Origin: Octopus sinensis
Lineage: Eukaryota
Direction of reading: 5' to 3'
DNA length: 64,000 nt
Assembly (NCBI RefSeq): GCF_006345805.1
Contig: NC_043010.1
Location: 60,760,001 to 60,824,000, forward strand
Part shown: piece by piece, positions 14,248-28,393 of the stretch
How the letters are laid out: each line of letters opens with the position of its first letter
Position numbering within the stretch: position 1 is the stretch's first letter
Translations under genes and position numbers: made by a program
The notes under the pieces: model-generated
Databases searched by the model: none
Told to the model about the DNA's origin: nothing
What the model saw: only the letters and a program-made list of their open reading frames with translations

Positions 14248-15396
14248 GTGCCTCCAAAACTGGCATCCAACCCTTCCAATACTATGTCCACTCCACCAAG
14301 CATCCACAAGCAACCCACCACAACTGCTACCCCCACCCTCACTCAACTACAGCTGCCACCAGCACCAGCACCCATACCATTTCACAACCATTGCCTCCAC
14401 CAATACCCATTCCACACCCTGTCTACATTTTCCCCACCCAATATGTTTTTCACTCAATGTGCTTGTTTGCCATGCTAGAAATAACAGCCGAATCTCTCTC
14501 ATCGGATAATGTAACATATGACTACATCATTCCTGAAAGACAGGATGGTCATGCTTGGAATACCTTTGATCAACACAACAACAGCACCTTACTCTATTTT
14601 ACTGCCCCTCCCAGCACAAGACTCCCCGCCCCACAGCATCACTTATACTACCACTATAACCACCATGAATACCACCACCACCCACACACCACTAGCAATA
14701 CAACCTTCTCCACCCCACCACTATCACCAAAACTACCCTCATTACTTACCCTACCCCACTACTGCTTCTACTGCACTACCACCACCACCACCACCACTGC
14801 CACTACCCTCACACCACCACTGTCACACCCACTACTTACCCCTCCACACCATCGTAACCACTCCACCCACTGTAACTACCCCACACACATCACCACCAGC
14901 TACCCCCTCCCCGACCACCTCCGATCCCTTCCACTTTGAAGTGGGAGATCAGGAAGAAGGGATCCTTTAGCTAACCCCAGACAAATGTTCTTTTAAAAAA
15001 CGATAACGATCAATCAATGACGTCCCCCACCCACCGCCCGTCCTCCTCCTCTGACACTTCCATCCCCTGTGCCTCGTGGGGTGGGGCTGGGGTTTGGGGC
15101 AGGGGCTGAGACAGCTCTGTTATCTCCCCCCCACCACCACTACCACCTCCGCTCACAGACTACATAATACTGCTCCACACTCCATCAGATTTGCATTGAT
15201 TACTTGGTTTGGGGAGGGAGAACAACAACAACAACAACATCAGCAGCAAAAAAGGAAACACATTAACAACAGCTGTAGCAACAGCAACAACAACAACAAC
15301 AGAACAGAAATCATTAGCAACCGTAGCAACAAGGCAAACAGCAACAAGAAGAATATTAGTAACTATAACAACAACAACAATAATAATAATAATAAT

Positions 15397-15594
15397 CCTT
15401 TGTACTCTAGACACAAGGTCCGAAATTGTTGGGGAGAGGGACTAGTCAATTACATCAGCCCCAGTGTGTAACTGGTACTTAATTTATTGACCCTGAAAGG
15501 ATGAAAGGCAAAGTCGACCTTGGTAGAATTTGAACTCAGGACATAGCTAAGCATTTCATCCAGCATGTTAACAATTCTGCCAGCTCACCACCTT
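15397..15594 (-). mobile_element. tRNA-derived SINE (family B)
   Basis: Reverse complement of AAGGTGGTGAGCTGGCAGAA...GAGTTCAAATTC...GACTTTGCCTTTCATCCTTTC...AAGTACCAG. Confidence 0.8.
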
Positions 15595-15604
15595 AGTAGT
15601 AGTA

Positions 15605-15642
<38 letters not shown>

Positions 15643-15643
15643 T

Positions 15644-16196
15644 GCCCTGATGCAGTACAGGCAGAGGCTCTCATGGCTTCTGATCTTAACTGATTGGAAG
15701 TGTTATCATGTTACATTGCTGTTCTGTCTTGGTATAAAAGATGGCCTACAGCAAATATTCTGCTCAATACCACAGATTTGCTTGTCAGTTGTTTGACCTT
15801 AACCAGTTGAGCATGTCCCTTAGTGGCTGACGATATGTGCATCTCTGATCACGAGCAGAAGTAGTGGGGGAGCATCATGCCATGTGTTGAGAGGGATTCT
15901 TGGGGTTTGAATAATTCACCTCTGGAGACATGGTGGGGGTTTTTCAACATCCTTAAACAACCCTTATTCAGGGACCTTTTGAGCGGGATGGGCTACTCAA
16001 CCTGAAGAAAATTCTGACTGGGCCCCACCTGCAAGGTCATGTGCATTTATCTTGATATGAGATCACCATGCCGCGCACATATGGTTGTGATGCAGTGCCT
16101 GGTGTGCCCTATCAGACGGGTAGTCATGATGGGTATATTGGGCTTCGTATATTTTACCCCAGTGTCACTTTGATGGCATGAACTGCTCTCTCACTC
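15644..16196. mobile_element. Unclassified ~550-bp repeat flanked by (AAT)n
   Basis: GCCCTGATGCAGTAC...CTGCTCTCTCACTC; second full copy at 16721-17274 with the same ends. Confidence 0.85.
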
Positions 16197-16230
16197 AATG
16201 ATAATAATAATAATAGTAATAATAGTAATA

Positions 16231-16289
<59 letters not shown>

Positions 16290-16380
16290 TATAATAATTA
16301 TAATAATAATAATAATAATAATTATAATAATTATAATAATAATAATAATGATAATAATAATAGTAATAATAGTAATAATC

Positions 16381-16439
<59 letters not shown>

Positions 16440-16470
16440 AATAATAGTAATAATAGTAATAATAGTAATA

Positions 16471-16519
<49 letters not shown>

Positions 16520-16542
16520 TGATAATAATAATAATAGTAATA
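16197..16542 (+). repeat. (AAT)n array with AGT/GAT variants
   Basis: Seen directly. Confidence 0.95.
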
Positions 16543-16720
16543 AGGCATAAGAGCATCACAGCAAACCACAGTACATACCCAAGGCACACAGAGCTGTGCT
16601 TGGCAGTGAAGTGAAACTACATTATAAAAACAAAACTACTGAATAATAATAATAATGATGATAAAAGCAAAAACAACAATAATGATAATAGTTATAATAA
16701 TAATAATAATAATAATAAAT

Positions 16721-17274
16721 GCCCTGATGCAGTACCAGGCAGTGGCTCTCATGGCTTCTGATCTTAACTGATTGGAAGCGTTATCATGTACATTGTTTTG
16801 TCTTGGTATAAAAGATGGGCTACATCAAATATTCTGCTCAATACCACAGATTTGCTTGTCAGTTATTTGACCTTAAACAGTTGAGCATGTCCTATGGTGG
16901 CTGATAATATGTGTATCTCTGATCACGAGCAGAAGTAGTGGGGGAGCATCATAGCCATGTGTTGAGAGGGATTCTTTGGGGTTTGAATAATTCACCTCTG
17001 GAAACATGGGTGTTTCGTTCAACATCCTTAAACAACCCTTATTCAGGGACCTTTTGAGCGGGATGGGTTACTCAACCAGAAGAAAATTCTAACTGGGCCC
17101 CACCTGCAAGGTCATGTGCTGTTTATCTTGATATGAGATCACCATGTCGTGCACATATGGTTGTGATGCATGTGCCTGGTGTACCCTTATCAGACGGGTA
17201 GTCATGATGGGTATACTGAGCTTCGAATATTTTACCCCAGTGTCACCTTGATGGCATCCACTGCTCTCTCACTC
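16721..17274. mobile_element. Unclassified ~550-bp repeat flanked by (AAT)n, second full copy
   Basis: Colinear and highly similar to 15644-16196. Confidence 0.85.
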
Positions 17275-17896
17275 AATAATAATAATAATAATTGAAAAGG
17301 TTGCAAGATGCAACGAAAATTTTAGGAAAATAAAAATAAGAAAAAAGTGGAAATTTTACCGGTGAGTGTGTTAAATTATAAGGCACAAAAAGAAAATGAC
17401 TCTCCCCAGACAGAATAATAATAATAATAATTTATTGTTTTATTAGCCACAAGGGCTCACATAGAAAAACATGGAATGAGATGCAACATAAAAGACAAAC
17501 AAACAGACCAACTGAAAAAGCATTCACAACATCTGTAGCAACCATAACAACAACAACAAAATTAGAGAACAGTAACAAAAGTCATTAGCAACAAAACCTC
17601 CAACAGCAATAGCAACAACAGCAGCTACAACAACAACACCAAGAGCAACACCTGACGCTCCGTCGGTTATGATGGTGAGTGTTCCAGGAGATCCGATCAA
17701 TGGGACAACTTTTCTTTCATTATTTTATTTGTTTCAGCCATTTGACTGCAGCCATGCTGGAGCACTGCCTCGAGGGGTTTTAGTCGAACAAATCAACCCC
17801 AGGACATTTTTTAAGCCTAGTACTTATTCTATCAGTCTCTTTTGCCAGACCGCTAAGTTATTGGGATGTAAATATACCAACACCAGTTGTGAAGCG

Positions 17897-17948
<52 letters not shown>

Positions 17949-18183
17949 ATATCTAGATATATGCATATTCATATTTATTTAACTAGAGGATACGTTAACC
18001 TTGTGAAGGGATTGTTGCATCCAAGGGAATACTGGTTCAATACTTAGTATTGTTGAGGAATGAAATTCCCTTAAAACAATTGGTATTTATCAAGTATATA
18101 GTTTATATCCAGTTAAAAGAAGAAAAGGAAACAGAGATAAGGAAGTTAATGATTATTCATTATTAACAAATTGGTCATCTTTG

Positions 18184-18281
18184 CTCCTGACAACCATTTC
18201 AATTAATACTCAATAATTCAATTACAAATTTGTACTTTAAATTTGCATTTATATGACATGAGCATAATTTCATCAGAGGAG
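18184..18281 (-). ncRNA. Hammerhead ribozyme motif with long AU-rich stem II
   Basis: CTCCT-CTGATGA-AATTATGCTCA...TGAGTATTAATT-GAAA-TGGTTG-TC-AGGAG: perfect 5-bp stem I and GUC site; stem III degenerate. Confidence 0.7.
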
Positions 18282-18366
18282 AAAAAGATGTGTCCTGAGA
18301 TGTTCTATGAGTCTGATGAAATGAATTGATAGGTCCACACTTAACATCCAAAGGTACATCTTTCTA

Positions 18367-18462
18367 TTCTCTGATGAAATTATGCTCATGTCACATAAAT
18401 GCAAATTTAATTTACAAATTTGTAATTAAATTATTGAGTATTAATTGAAACAGCTGTAAGAA
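18367..18462 (+). ncRNA. Hammerhead ribozyme motif with long stem II and palindromic stem III
   Basis: TTCT-CTGATGA-AATTATGCTCA...TGAGTATTAATT-GAAA-CAGCTG-TA-AGAA; ACAGCTGT is self-complementary; GUA site. Confidence 0.8.
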
Positions 18463-18501
18463 GCAAAGATGACCAATTTGTTAACAATAAATTATTAACT
18501 T

Positions 18502-18663
18502 GCTCACAAACCACATGGTTCCGGGTTCGGTTCTACAAGATGGCACCTTGGGCAAGTGTCTCCTACTATAGCCTTGGGCCGACCAAAGCCTTGTGAGTGG
18601 ATTTGGTAGAAAGAAACTGAAAGAAGCCTGTTGTGTATATGTATATATATATATATTTATATA

Positions 18664-18694
<31 letters not shown>

Positions 18695-18930
18695 TTGTGT
18701 ATGTTTGTGTGTCTGTGTTTGTCTCCCAACATCGCTTGACAACCGATGCTGGTGTGTTTACGTCCCCATAACTTAGTGCCTCAGCAAAAGAGACCGATAG
18801 AATAAGTTCTAGGCTTACAAAGAATAAGTCCTGGGGTCGATTTGCTTGACTAAAGGCAGTGCTCCAGTATGGCCACAATCCAATGACTGAAACAAGTAAA
18901 AGAGTAAAAGAGTAAAAGAGTAAAAGAGTA
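18502..18930 (+). mobile_element. tRNA-derived SINE (family A), 5' truncated
   Basis: CCACATGGTTCCGGGTTCGG...GGCACCTTGGGCAAGTG, internal TA/TG tract, GCTCCAGTATGGCC...GACTGAAACAAG and (TAAAAGAG)n tail. Confidence 0.85.
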
Positions 18931-18997
18931 TCTTCCTTATCTTCATTTTCTGTCTTTTCTTCTTTTAACTGGATATAAACTATATATATATATATAT

Positions 18998-19157
18998 GAC
19001 AGGCTTCTTTCAGTTTCCGTCTTCCAAATCCACTCACAAGGCTTTGGTCACCCCAAGGCTTTAGTGGAAGACACTTGCCCAAGGTGCCATGCAGTGGGAC
19101 TGAACCCAGAACCATGTGGCTGGAAAGCAAGCTTCTTACCACACAGCCACGCCTTCA
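18998..19157 (-). mobile_element. Family A SINE head
   Basis: Reverse complement of GGCGTGGCTGTGTGGTAAGAAGCTTGC...GGGTTCAGTCCCACTG. Confidence 0.8.
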
Positions 19158-19722
19158 CCTTGCTCATGAAATTAACATGCAAGTGGCTGAGTACTCCACA
19201 GACATGCGTATGTCTTAACGTAGTTCACAGGGAGATTTAGCACGACACAGAATGTGACAAGCCTGGCCCCTTTGAAATATGGGTTCAACTCATTTTTCGA
19301 GGTTGAGGGGACTGGAGCAATGTGAAGTAAAGTGTCTTGCTCAAGGATGCAACGTACCGTCAGGGATCAAACTCCTGATCTTGTAATCAGGATCCGAATA
19401 CTTTAAGCCAATTACGCCATGGGGCCTTCTGCCAATACAATAACAACAACAACAGCAATGGCAACAAACACAAAAACAGCAACAACATTAACAGTAACAA
19501 TAAATGGAAGAAGGTGGCCGTATGTGGTTGCTTGTCCTGCTAGAAATAGCAACCACATCAAACTATATGCCAGCATCTGAAAAAGAGAAGGGTGGTCACA
19601 GTTAGATTGTCTTTGATAAATCTGCTGCTCAGAGTTGATCCACAATTAGACAACAACAACAACAGCAGCAGCAACAACAACAACAACAACAACAACATTC
19701 TTATACTTAGAAATTAGGCAAT

Positions 19723-19940
19723 ATTCTTTTCTACTTTAGGCACAAGGCCTGAAATTTTGGGGGAAGGATCCAGTCGATTAGATTGACCTTATTACGCAGC
19801 TGGTACTTAATTTATCGACCCCGAAAGGATGAAAGGCAAAGCTGACCTCGGCAGAATTTGAACTCAGAATATAAAGGCGGACGAAATACTGCTAAGCATT
19901 TCACCTGGCGTGCTAACGTTTCTGCGAGCTCACTGCCCTG
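19723..19940 (-). mobile_element. tRNA-derived SINE (family B)
   Basis: Near-full reverse-complement copy with B box and the GCCTTTCATCCTTTCGGGGTCGATAAATTAAGTACCAG core. Confidence 0.85.
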
Positions 19941-19989
19941 AAATTAAGTAATGTTAAAGAACATTCGTGACTAAACTGGGTAGTAGTAC

Positions 19990-20025
<36 letters not shown>

Positions 20026-20059
20026 CAGCAGCAGCAGCAGCAGCAGCAGTAGCAGGAGG

Positions 20060-20630
20060 AGGAATTGTAGTAGACAACAAACTTGAGAGTGAACAGTTTG
20101 AGTAGTAGTGAGCAATTTGTGTGGCAGTGAACGATTTGTGTGGCAGTGAACAGACTGTAAATTGCTAGACGTTCTGTTCCCCATACTCTTCATATATTGT
20201 TCATTACTCTGCACACTTCCCACTATTAGACAGGCTGTTAACTACAACAGATTACAAGCCTGAACAGACATTTTACCGCTACAGAGATTGTTAACTACAG
20301 CAGTTTGTAAACTTCAACAAGCTGTTTGCTACTATAGAGACTACTAACTACACACAGACTGTTTACTACTACTCAGTCTGTTAACTACAGCTCAGTTTGT
20401 TTCCATCTTCACAAACTGATCCTTAGAACATAGACTGTTTACTGCCACAAATGCTGTTCACTGTTATACATGCTGTTAACTACAACACAGTTGTTTCTTT
20501 GTTACCCAGCTAATGCACTCAACACATGATGTTCACTACTACAAAGTATGTTCACTATAACACAACCTGTTCATTAGAACAGAATCTACTAGTTCATAGT
20601 TTGTTCACTGCTCTCAGTGTGTAGAATGAA
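20060..20630. repeat. Degenerate ~19-20-bp minisatellite in two opposed orientations
   Basis: AGTGAACAGTTTG-type units at 20088-20160; complementary CTGTT(A/C)ACTAC-type units at 20230-20620. Confidence 0.6.
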
Positions 20631-21066
20631 AACAGCTATATTGTGGTGAACCAACTGAACAACACTGAACAGGGTGCGCTGTGTTTGTTCATGCATGATT
20701 CGTGCACATGTAAAGGTGATAAGCCAGCTTTACATGTCCACATATGCATTCATAAAACATGCACACATGTTTATACATGTTTATACACACTAACATACAT
20801 ATGATTTGATACATATAAATTCATACACACTCATATGGGAACTAACATATACACACATAAACTGGTTCCTAAACATTCACACACACATTCACAAACATAC
20901 ATACACACCTACACATTCACACACATGTGTGGGGGGTACATGCATGTGTACGTGTAATATATATATATATATATATATATATCTATATATATATATATAA
21001 TATATATATATATATTACATGTGTCCATATATATTCATGCTTAAACATAGCATTAAGTACATGCCT

Positions 21067-21109
<43 letters not shown>

Positions 21110-21158
21110 ATACATACATACATATATATATACATATATATATATACACATATATATG

Positions 21159-21233
<75 letters not shown>

Positions 21234-21332
21234 TAGATATAGATATATATATAATACATACATACATATATATATATATATATTATATATATAGAGAGAG
21301 AGAGAGAGAGATAGATAGATAGATATATATAT

Positions 21333-21374
<42 letters not shown>

Positions 21375-22192
21375 CATATATATACACACACACATATAGG
21401 TGTATATCTATATGCAATCACACACACATCCACATACATATACTTAAATTTCAACATCTGTTTCACCAGACCCAGACCAGATAGGAGGACCTTTTCCGGC
21501 ACAGCATGGCACCAATCCATACAATCATTTTCCATTTCCTCCATGACTCATTGAGATACAACGACATGAGTTGTGTCTTCACTACTCTGGGCCCAAGTCT
21601 TCCTCGGTCTTCCTTTTACTCCATGGTCCATTCATTCCAAGCATGTGGCACTTGTCTATCTGTCTGTCCGTCCGTCCTCCTCTCTAAACTTTACTTAGAC
21701 TCATACTTACGCAGTCTTCTCCCTTGCTCGTTACACCTGATTTCTCTGCTGTTCAGCCCATTTGCTTTCAGCCCTTTTCTGTTCTGCCAGCCGTGCACCT
21801 TCACATTACACGTCCTGTGAAGCACACTCCCTTTATGCCTTCTCAAATCCCCTGAATTCAATGCCCATCTCCCACTACCCTGCATCGTCCTGATTCATCC
21901 GTAAATATCCTACGATCTGCCCTTTGCTCTGACGGAAAAGTTGTAGCAATAATTCCCTGGACTTTTTCAACCAATCCTTTTGTTGACAAAATATGCTTTC
22001 TGAATACCTCCTCCCCCTCCTCCTCCTACTAAATATGTATGCATCATGTATAATCATATATGTGAGGCTATCCAGTCATATGTTGGTACATGTATGTATA
22101 TATGTGTGTGTGCATGAATATATGTATGTGTGTAAGCATAGATGTATGTATGCATGTATCTATAGGTGCATGTGTGTATGTATGTATGTATG

Positions 22193-22246
<54 letters not shown>

Positions 22247-22323
22247 CACACACACATATACATACATATATATATATATATACACATATACATATATATA
22301 TGCATATATATAAATACATACAT

Positions 22324-22373
<50 letters not shown>

Positions 22374-22375
<2 letters not shown>

Positions 22376-22665
22376 TGCTACCATTTTCATCAACCACAAC
22401 TTCTTAACTTCCCAAGCTGACCTGTCATATCTATCAACTTTTCTTTCTTCCTTATCACATACCTTCTTGTCAGCTGGGCATGCTATATCTATGATCCAGC
22501 ATAGTTTGCTTTCTTTCTCAATTAAGACTATGCTTGGCTTCCTATTCTCTATCTCATGTTCACACTGAATCATAAAATCCCATAGAATCTTTGCATTTCC
22601 ATTTTCGAAGATGCCTTCAGGTTTCTGGTCGTACCAATTTTTTGCTCTGTCAAGTTCACACTTGC
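22374..22665 (-). pseudogene. R4/Dong-type non-LTR retrotransposon, restriction-like endonuclease fragment
   Basis: WYDQKPEGIFENGNAKILWDFMIQCEHEIENRKPSIVLIEK...IIDIACPAD...KEERKVDRY matches the ILWDF / RPDIV / IID..CP / K..KY RLE pattern. Confidence 0.85.
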
Positions 22666-22893
22666 AGCGAGATGTCAGAAACGTTAGCACACCAGGTGAA
22701 ATACTTTGCAGTATTTCGTCTGCCGCTATGTTCTGAGTTCAAATTCCACCAAGGTTGACTTTGCCTTTCATCCTTTCGGGTTCGATTAAATAAGTACCAG
22801 TTACGCACTGGGGTCAATATAATTGACTTAATCCATTTGTCTGTCCTTGTTTGTCCCCTTTGTGTGTAGCCCTTTGTGGGTAGTAAAGAAATA
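22665..22893 (+). mobile_element. tRNA-derived SINE (family B)
   Basis: CAGAAACGTTAGCAC...GAGTTCAAATTCC...GACTTTGCCTTTCATCCTTTCGG...GTAGTAAAGAAATA. Confidence 0.85.
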
Positions 22894-23213
22894 GGAAACT
22901 GAAAGAAGACCATCATATATATCATCATCATCATCATTATCATCATCATCATCATCATCATTTAATGTCAGTTAATGGCATGGGTCAGATGGTTTGACCA
23001 GAGCTGGTAAGCTGGGGTGGCTGCACCAGGCTCCAGTTTGATTTGTCTTGGTTTCTATGGCTGGATGCCCTTCCTAAGGTCAACCAATTTACAAAGTGTA
23101 CAGGGTGCTTTTACATGGCACCACATGGTGCTTCAACATGATGCCACATGAGAGCTTTTACATGGAGCTGCATGGGCACTTTTATCTGACACCACACAGG
23201 TATTTTTACGTGT

Positions 23214-23301
<88 letters not shown>

Positions 23302-24169
23302 ACCGGGCTTAAAGAATAAAAGGTACTAGGATCAGTTCAGTCAACTAAAATTCTTCAAGGCTGTGCCCCAGCATGGCCACAATCTAGTGACTGGAACAAG
23401 TAAAAGAATAAAAGAATAAAAGAATATACATACGTGTGTGCATTTATATATGAATGCATGTATGTGTGTATGAATGTATTTTGTATGTATGTATATATGC
23501 CTGTATGCAAGCATGTATATGTATGTATAAATGCATTTTATTGGTAGAGTTATTCAAGCACATCAGACAGAATGCCTGGTGGTGTTTGTCCTGACCTCTT
23601 CTGCCTTTGAGTTCAAATCTCACCAAGGTTTACCTTTCGTTCTTTCTGGGTTGATAGAAACATACCATTCCAAGGATGACAGAGTATCAGAACTCAGACC
23701 ACATACATTGCAGGATTTGCTCTGGTTCTTTGCATCCTGAGTTTCAAGTTCCACTGTGGCCTACTTGGATGGTAGCTTTAACCAGCCGTTCTGTTGAACA
23801 CCTCTGCCTGGCACCCAGACTGGTTCTTTTAATAGGGTCCATTCTACTGCAAACAATGGGATCAGGTTTCCAGCTTGTGAATACACCCTTTCTCCCTCCC
23901 ACCAACCAGTCTTAGAGACCCTGAAACAGGTCTTAGGTACTGCCTTCATCTTGTCACGAAAAAGATCATGTGTGTGTGTGTGTTTGTGTAGCTTTGTGGT
24001 TAGGATGCTGGGCTCATTATCGCAAGATTGTAGTTTCAATTCCTGGGTTGGGTGATATGGTCCATCCTGGAGCAAAACACTCCATTCCACATTGCCCCAG
24101 TCCACTTAGCTGATGAAAATGAGTAATCCTGTGACTGACCAGTGTCCTGTCCAGTGGGGAAATATATAT

Positions 24170-24530
24170 GCATCATCATCATCATCATCTTTGTTTAACG
24201 TCCGTTTTCCATGCTGGCATGGGTTGGATGGTTTCACTGGAGACTTACAAGCCAGTAGGCTGCGCCAGGCTCCAATCTGATCTGGTAAAGTTTCTACAGC
24301 TGGGTGCCCTTCCTAATGCCAACCACTCTGAGAGTGGAGTGGGCGCTTTTTACATGCCACTGGCACTGGAGCCAGCCGTGGACTAGCATTGACTGTGTTT
24401 CGGATGGTGCTTATTATATGCCACCAGCACGGGTGCCAGTCAGGCGGCACTGGCATTGACCCATGTTCGGATGGTGCTTATTATATGCCACCAGCACAGG
24501 TGCCAGTCAGGCGGCACTGGCATCGGTCAC
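24170..24530 (-). mobile_element. RTE LINE 3' UTR fragment (family C) with internal ~60-bp repeats
   Basis: Family C tail reverse complemented; repeated TGTTCGGATGGTGCTTATTATATGCCACCAGCAC.GGTGCCAGTCAGGCGGCACTGG. Confidence 0.8.
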
Positions 24531-25295
24531 AACTAAATTTCCATTTTGATTTCAATCTTGATTTGATTTTGATTTTACTCGACTCAATAAATTTTCTCAA
24601 GTGCAGCATATCACCCAATGATTCAAGGATAAACCAGAAAATCAGCCCTTTAGGTTAATATTATTCACAAAGGATCTTTTATCAGTGACTAAGCTGGTGT
24701 CCCCACAGGGCTTGCCTGATGAGGGAGTGGCGGCTGCTAGAAACCTGGCAAAATTAAAATCAAAACTTTTCAAAAGGATGGATGGACCTTTTGTAGGTTC
24801 AACAACATTCTAGCAATAGCACAGGCCCTCAGAAATTCCAGGTTGGTGTCTGGTGTGCTGGGAGATCATTGGGAGTAAGGCACCCCTTAGCTTTTGTTAA
24901 AGCATGTCTCTAGGAGAAGGTCTGTCTGATATGAAACCAGAAAAGTAGGGAATGGTATTAAACATTTTAGGGATCGTTTGTTTGTGCTTGAGATCAAAGT
25001 GATCTCACATTTCTGATCCCATGATGATCATTATTGGTATTGAATATCTTAGCCTGGCATGTCTCTGGATCATGTCTGTCGAGAGGACGGGGTCTATGAG
25101 GTGCTGTGCAAGTTTTATTGTACCTAAAATTTTAGGTTGTGCTTTGGCCGGTGAGGCAAGTGTCAAGTTGGAGGGTGAGGTGGAAAGTATGGAAGCCACC
25201 AACATGAACCCAGGAGAAGCTAACTGCTGGTGCAATAACCTCCAGCATGGGCATTGCTGGCATTTTGCATGGACAATGGTCACAAGTGGATAGCT

Positions 25296-25326
<31 letters not shown>

Positions 25327-26420
25327 CCATATATATAAAACAAATTCTATATTATGGGCATGGCTGTGTGGTTAGGGAGCTTGCTTCTTAGCTACATGGT
25401 TTCGGGTTCAGTCCCACTGCGTGGCACTTTGGGTAGGTGTCTTCCACTATAGCCCCGGGCCGACTGAAGCTTTGTGATTGAATTCGGCAGGTGGAAGTTA
25501 CTGCCGTGTGTGTATATGTGCGTGTAGGTGCTTGTGCCTCTCCGAAAGAGAGAGAGAGGGATATCAACACTTAAGTATTTAACTACACAAATAATAAGAG
25601 GTGTATACAGCTTAAATGTTTTAACTGATTTGCAAATACAGTCCTTATATAGACATGCATACATGGTGTGTAAACAATCTCATTTTAAGGAAACAACTTC
25701 AACATCAACATACTGGTACTTTATTTTGCCAACACCAGAAAAGATGAAAGGCAAAGTTGATTGGGATGGAATTTGAACTAGGGAAGTAAAAAAACTGGGA
25801 GAAAACTGCAAAACATTTTTCTGACATGCTGAAATGAGTGAGTTGATTAAATTGACTCCATTACATGACTGGTACTTATTTTGCAACTCTGAATGGTTGA
25901 AAAGTAAACTCGATCTTGGCAGGATTTGAACTCAGAATGTCAAAAAGCAGAAGTAACACAGGGCATTTTATCTGAAAATATTTAGATCTGGAAATAGAGA
26001 CAACCAAAACTGAGACAACTGAAAATATAAACAATCTCTATAATAATAATAATAATAATAATAATGTTTGCGCAAGGCTAGCAAGTCCAGGGGAAGGGGA
26101 AAGTTGATTCCATTGAGTCCAGCACTCAGCTGGTCCTTATTTTATTGACCCCAAAAGGATGAAAGGCATAGTCAACCTCAGCAGAATTTGAACTCAGAAT
26201 GCAAAGACAGACAAGATGCCAGTCAGCATTTTGCCTGACATGCTAACGATTCAGCCAGCTTGCCACCCTCACCATCTGCAATAAAAAAGAATATAACATC
26301 ACTTAGGTGCATATATGTGTGTGTGTGTTTGTGTGTGTGTGTTTGTGTGTATGTATGTATGTAGGTATATATATATACATATATATATATACATGCATAT
26401 ATATGTATGTGTGTGTGTGT

Positions 26421-26467
<47 letters not shown>

Positions 26468-27569
26468 TATATATATATATATATGCATATGTATATATGT
26501 AGCATTACTGATATGCCATGGAAAAGTCTATTTCTCCACTGACACCAACTTCTTCCTCTTATTTATGTTATTTTTCATTTCAGAATTTTTTTAGGTCCAT
26601 GTTGGTTTTGATGTATTTCAATTAAGTGGTCCTGTTTTGTACACAAACATCTTCCTTTCTTCCCACCCAGGGTGGAGAAGCACCGTATATTCCAGAAATG
26701 TTGTTTATTTGTAGTCCATTACCCAGGGACTTCTCTATGAAGGTTTGAACCAGTGTCCATCTGCCATGGCCTGTTCAATGCTTCGTCACAGAATTGTTGG
26801 CTGGTATTTATTTTAACAGTGTTCGAAGGACAAGAAATGTAAATATTCCTGGCACTGCTATTTGATCCAATGAACCGTGAGTTCACAACTCGTAGCTGGC
26901 AATTATCAATTCTCTCTTTGTATAGTCGCTGCTTAGTCAACCACCGAGTGACATGTCATTTATTATTGCCAGTTCTTTGAACAAGGTGATGAGGGGAGGA
27001 AAAAATATGGTTGCTGAATCAAGGGGAATGTTTATCATACAGCTCTCCTCGGTCTTTGGAAGTATTTCCATTAAACAAACTGTTGCCCGGAATTCTTACC
27101 GGTATGACAGCTCAGGAAACTACAGCAAAGCTAGCAAACTGCTGCCAGCCGTAGTCATCAACAGATATCTGATGAATTAGCTGTACAGACACTTTCCTTT
27201 GTAGACAGACTGTAGTTTCTATATAAGGTAGCACACAGCACCACACAAACTGGCAGTAAATAAGGAGTGTTCAGCGGAGGGACTGGATACACACTCGATA
27301 AACATACAATGACAGACTGGCTTCTGATGGCACAGCAATGCGAATAGATGCATACACAAATTAAGCACGTGCTATCGAACACACAGACACAGGAGCAATT
27401 GTATAAATGCAGTTGCAAACGCATAAACTGAATCAGATTGAAGTGCGTACCTTCGAGAAAGCACACACAATAATATTGGCAGATTGACCCAAGGGGAAGT
27501 AAAAATACCTTCAGCTCTGTGTGTGTCTGTGTGAATGTGTATGTGTGTGTGTATGTAGATTTTTATGAA

Positions 27570-27608
<39 letters not shown>

Positions 27609-27898
27609 TATATATATATAATATTATATATATATATATAATTATATATATATTATAATATATATATATTTATACAGCTATTATATTTTAATATCGTTTT
27701 AATAGCAATACCTATATTTCTTAATGTATTTTTCATGTATATCTTCAGATGTATATTAAATTACATTATTTTCATGGCTCTACCTCATGCATTGAGCACT
27801 TTGTATGATTATGGCATAAAGGTATATTGAGAGAGATAGTGAAAAATATCTGTATGCGAGTGTAGAATAGATAGCTAGACAGACAGACAGACAAATAA

Positions 27899-27929
<31 letters not shown>

Positions 27930-28029
27930 TAGATAGATATAGATAGATACAAGCATACAAACATACATACATACATAGGTAGACAGATAAATAATAGATA
28001 GGTAGGTAGGTAGATAAATAGATAGACAG

Positions 28030-28113
<84 letters not shown>

Positions 28114-28362
28114 TTAAAACAGAAAAAATGGGAGCTGTGTGTGTATTTCTGTATTTAAGCATGTTTATAAAGCAAGACATGGACAAAGTGAATTATAATT
28201 CAGAAATTATGAGGAACTAGCACCATGAACTAATTAATACCATGTACTAATCAGTAACATGTACTACTAACTTACTAACATGTACTAACCACATGCAGTA
28301 ATTAGTAAGGTGTACACAGCTGAAAGGCAATATCAACAATGACAACAACAAAAATCAGCTGC

Positions 28363-28393
<31 letters not shown>

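Larger units (their letters stand above)
18095..18986. mobile_element. Inverted pair of Penelope-like pseudo-LTRs; right arm split by a SINE
   Basis: 18095-18292 is inverted to 18355-18501 plus 18932-18986; each arm has a hammerhead core; AATAAA at 18486. Confidence 0.75.

Noticed and set aside
24710-24752. CTGATGA...GAAA hammerhead-like spacing
   Set aside because: Stem II does not close on the core and the cleavage position would be G; the region looks more like a decayed LINE 5' UTR.
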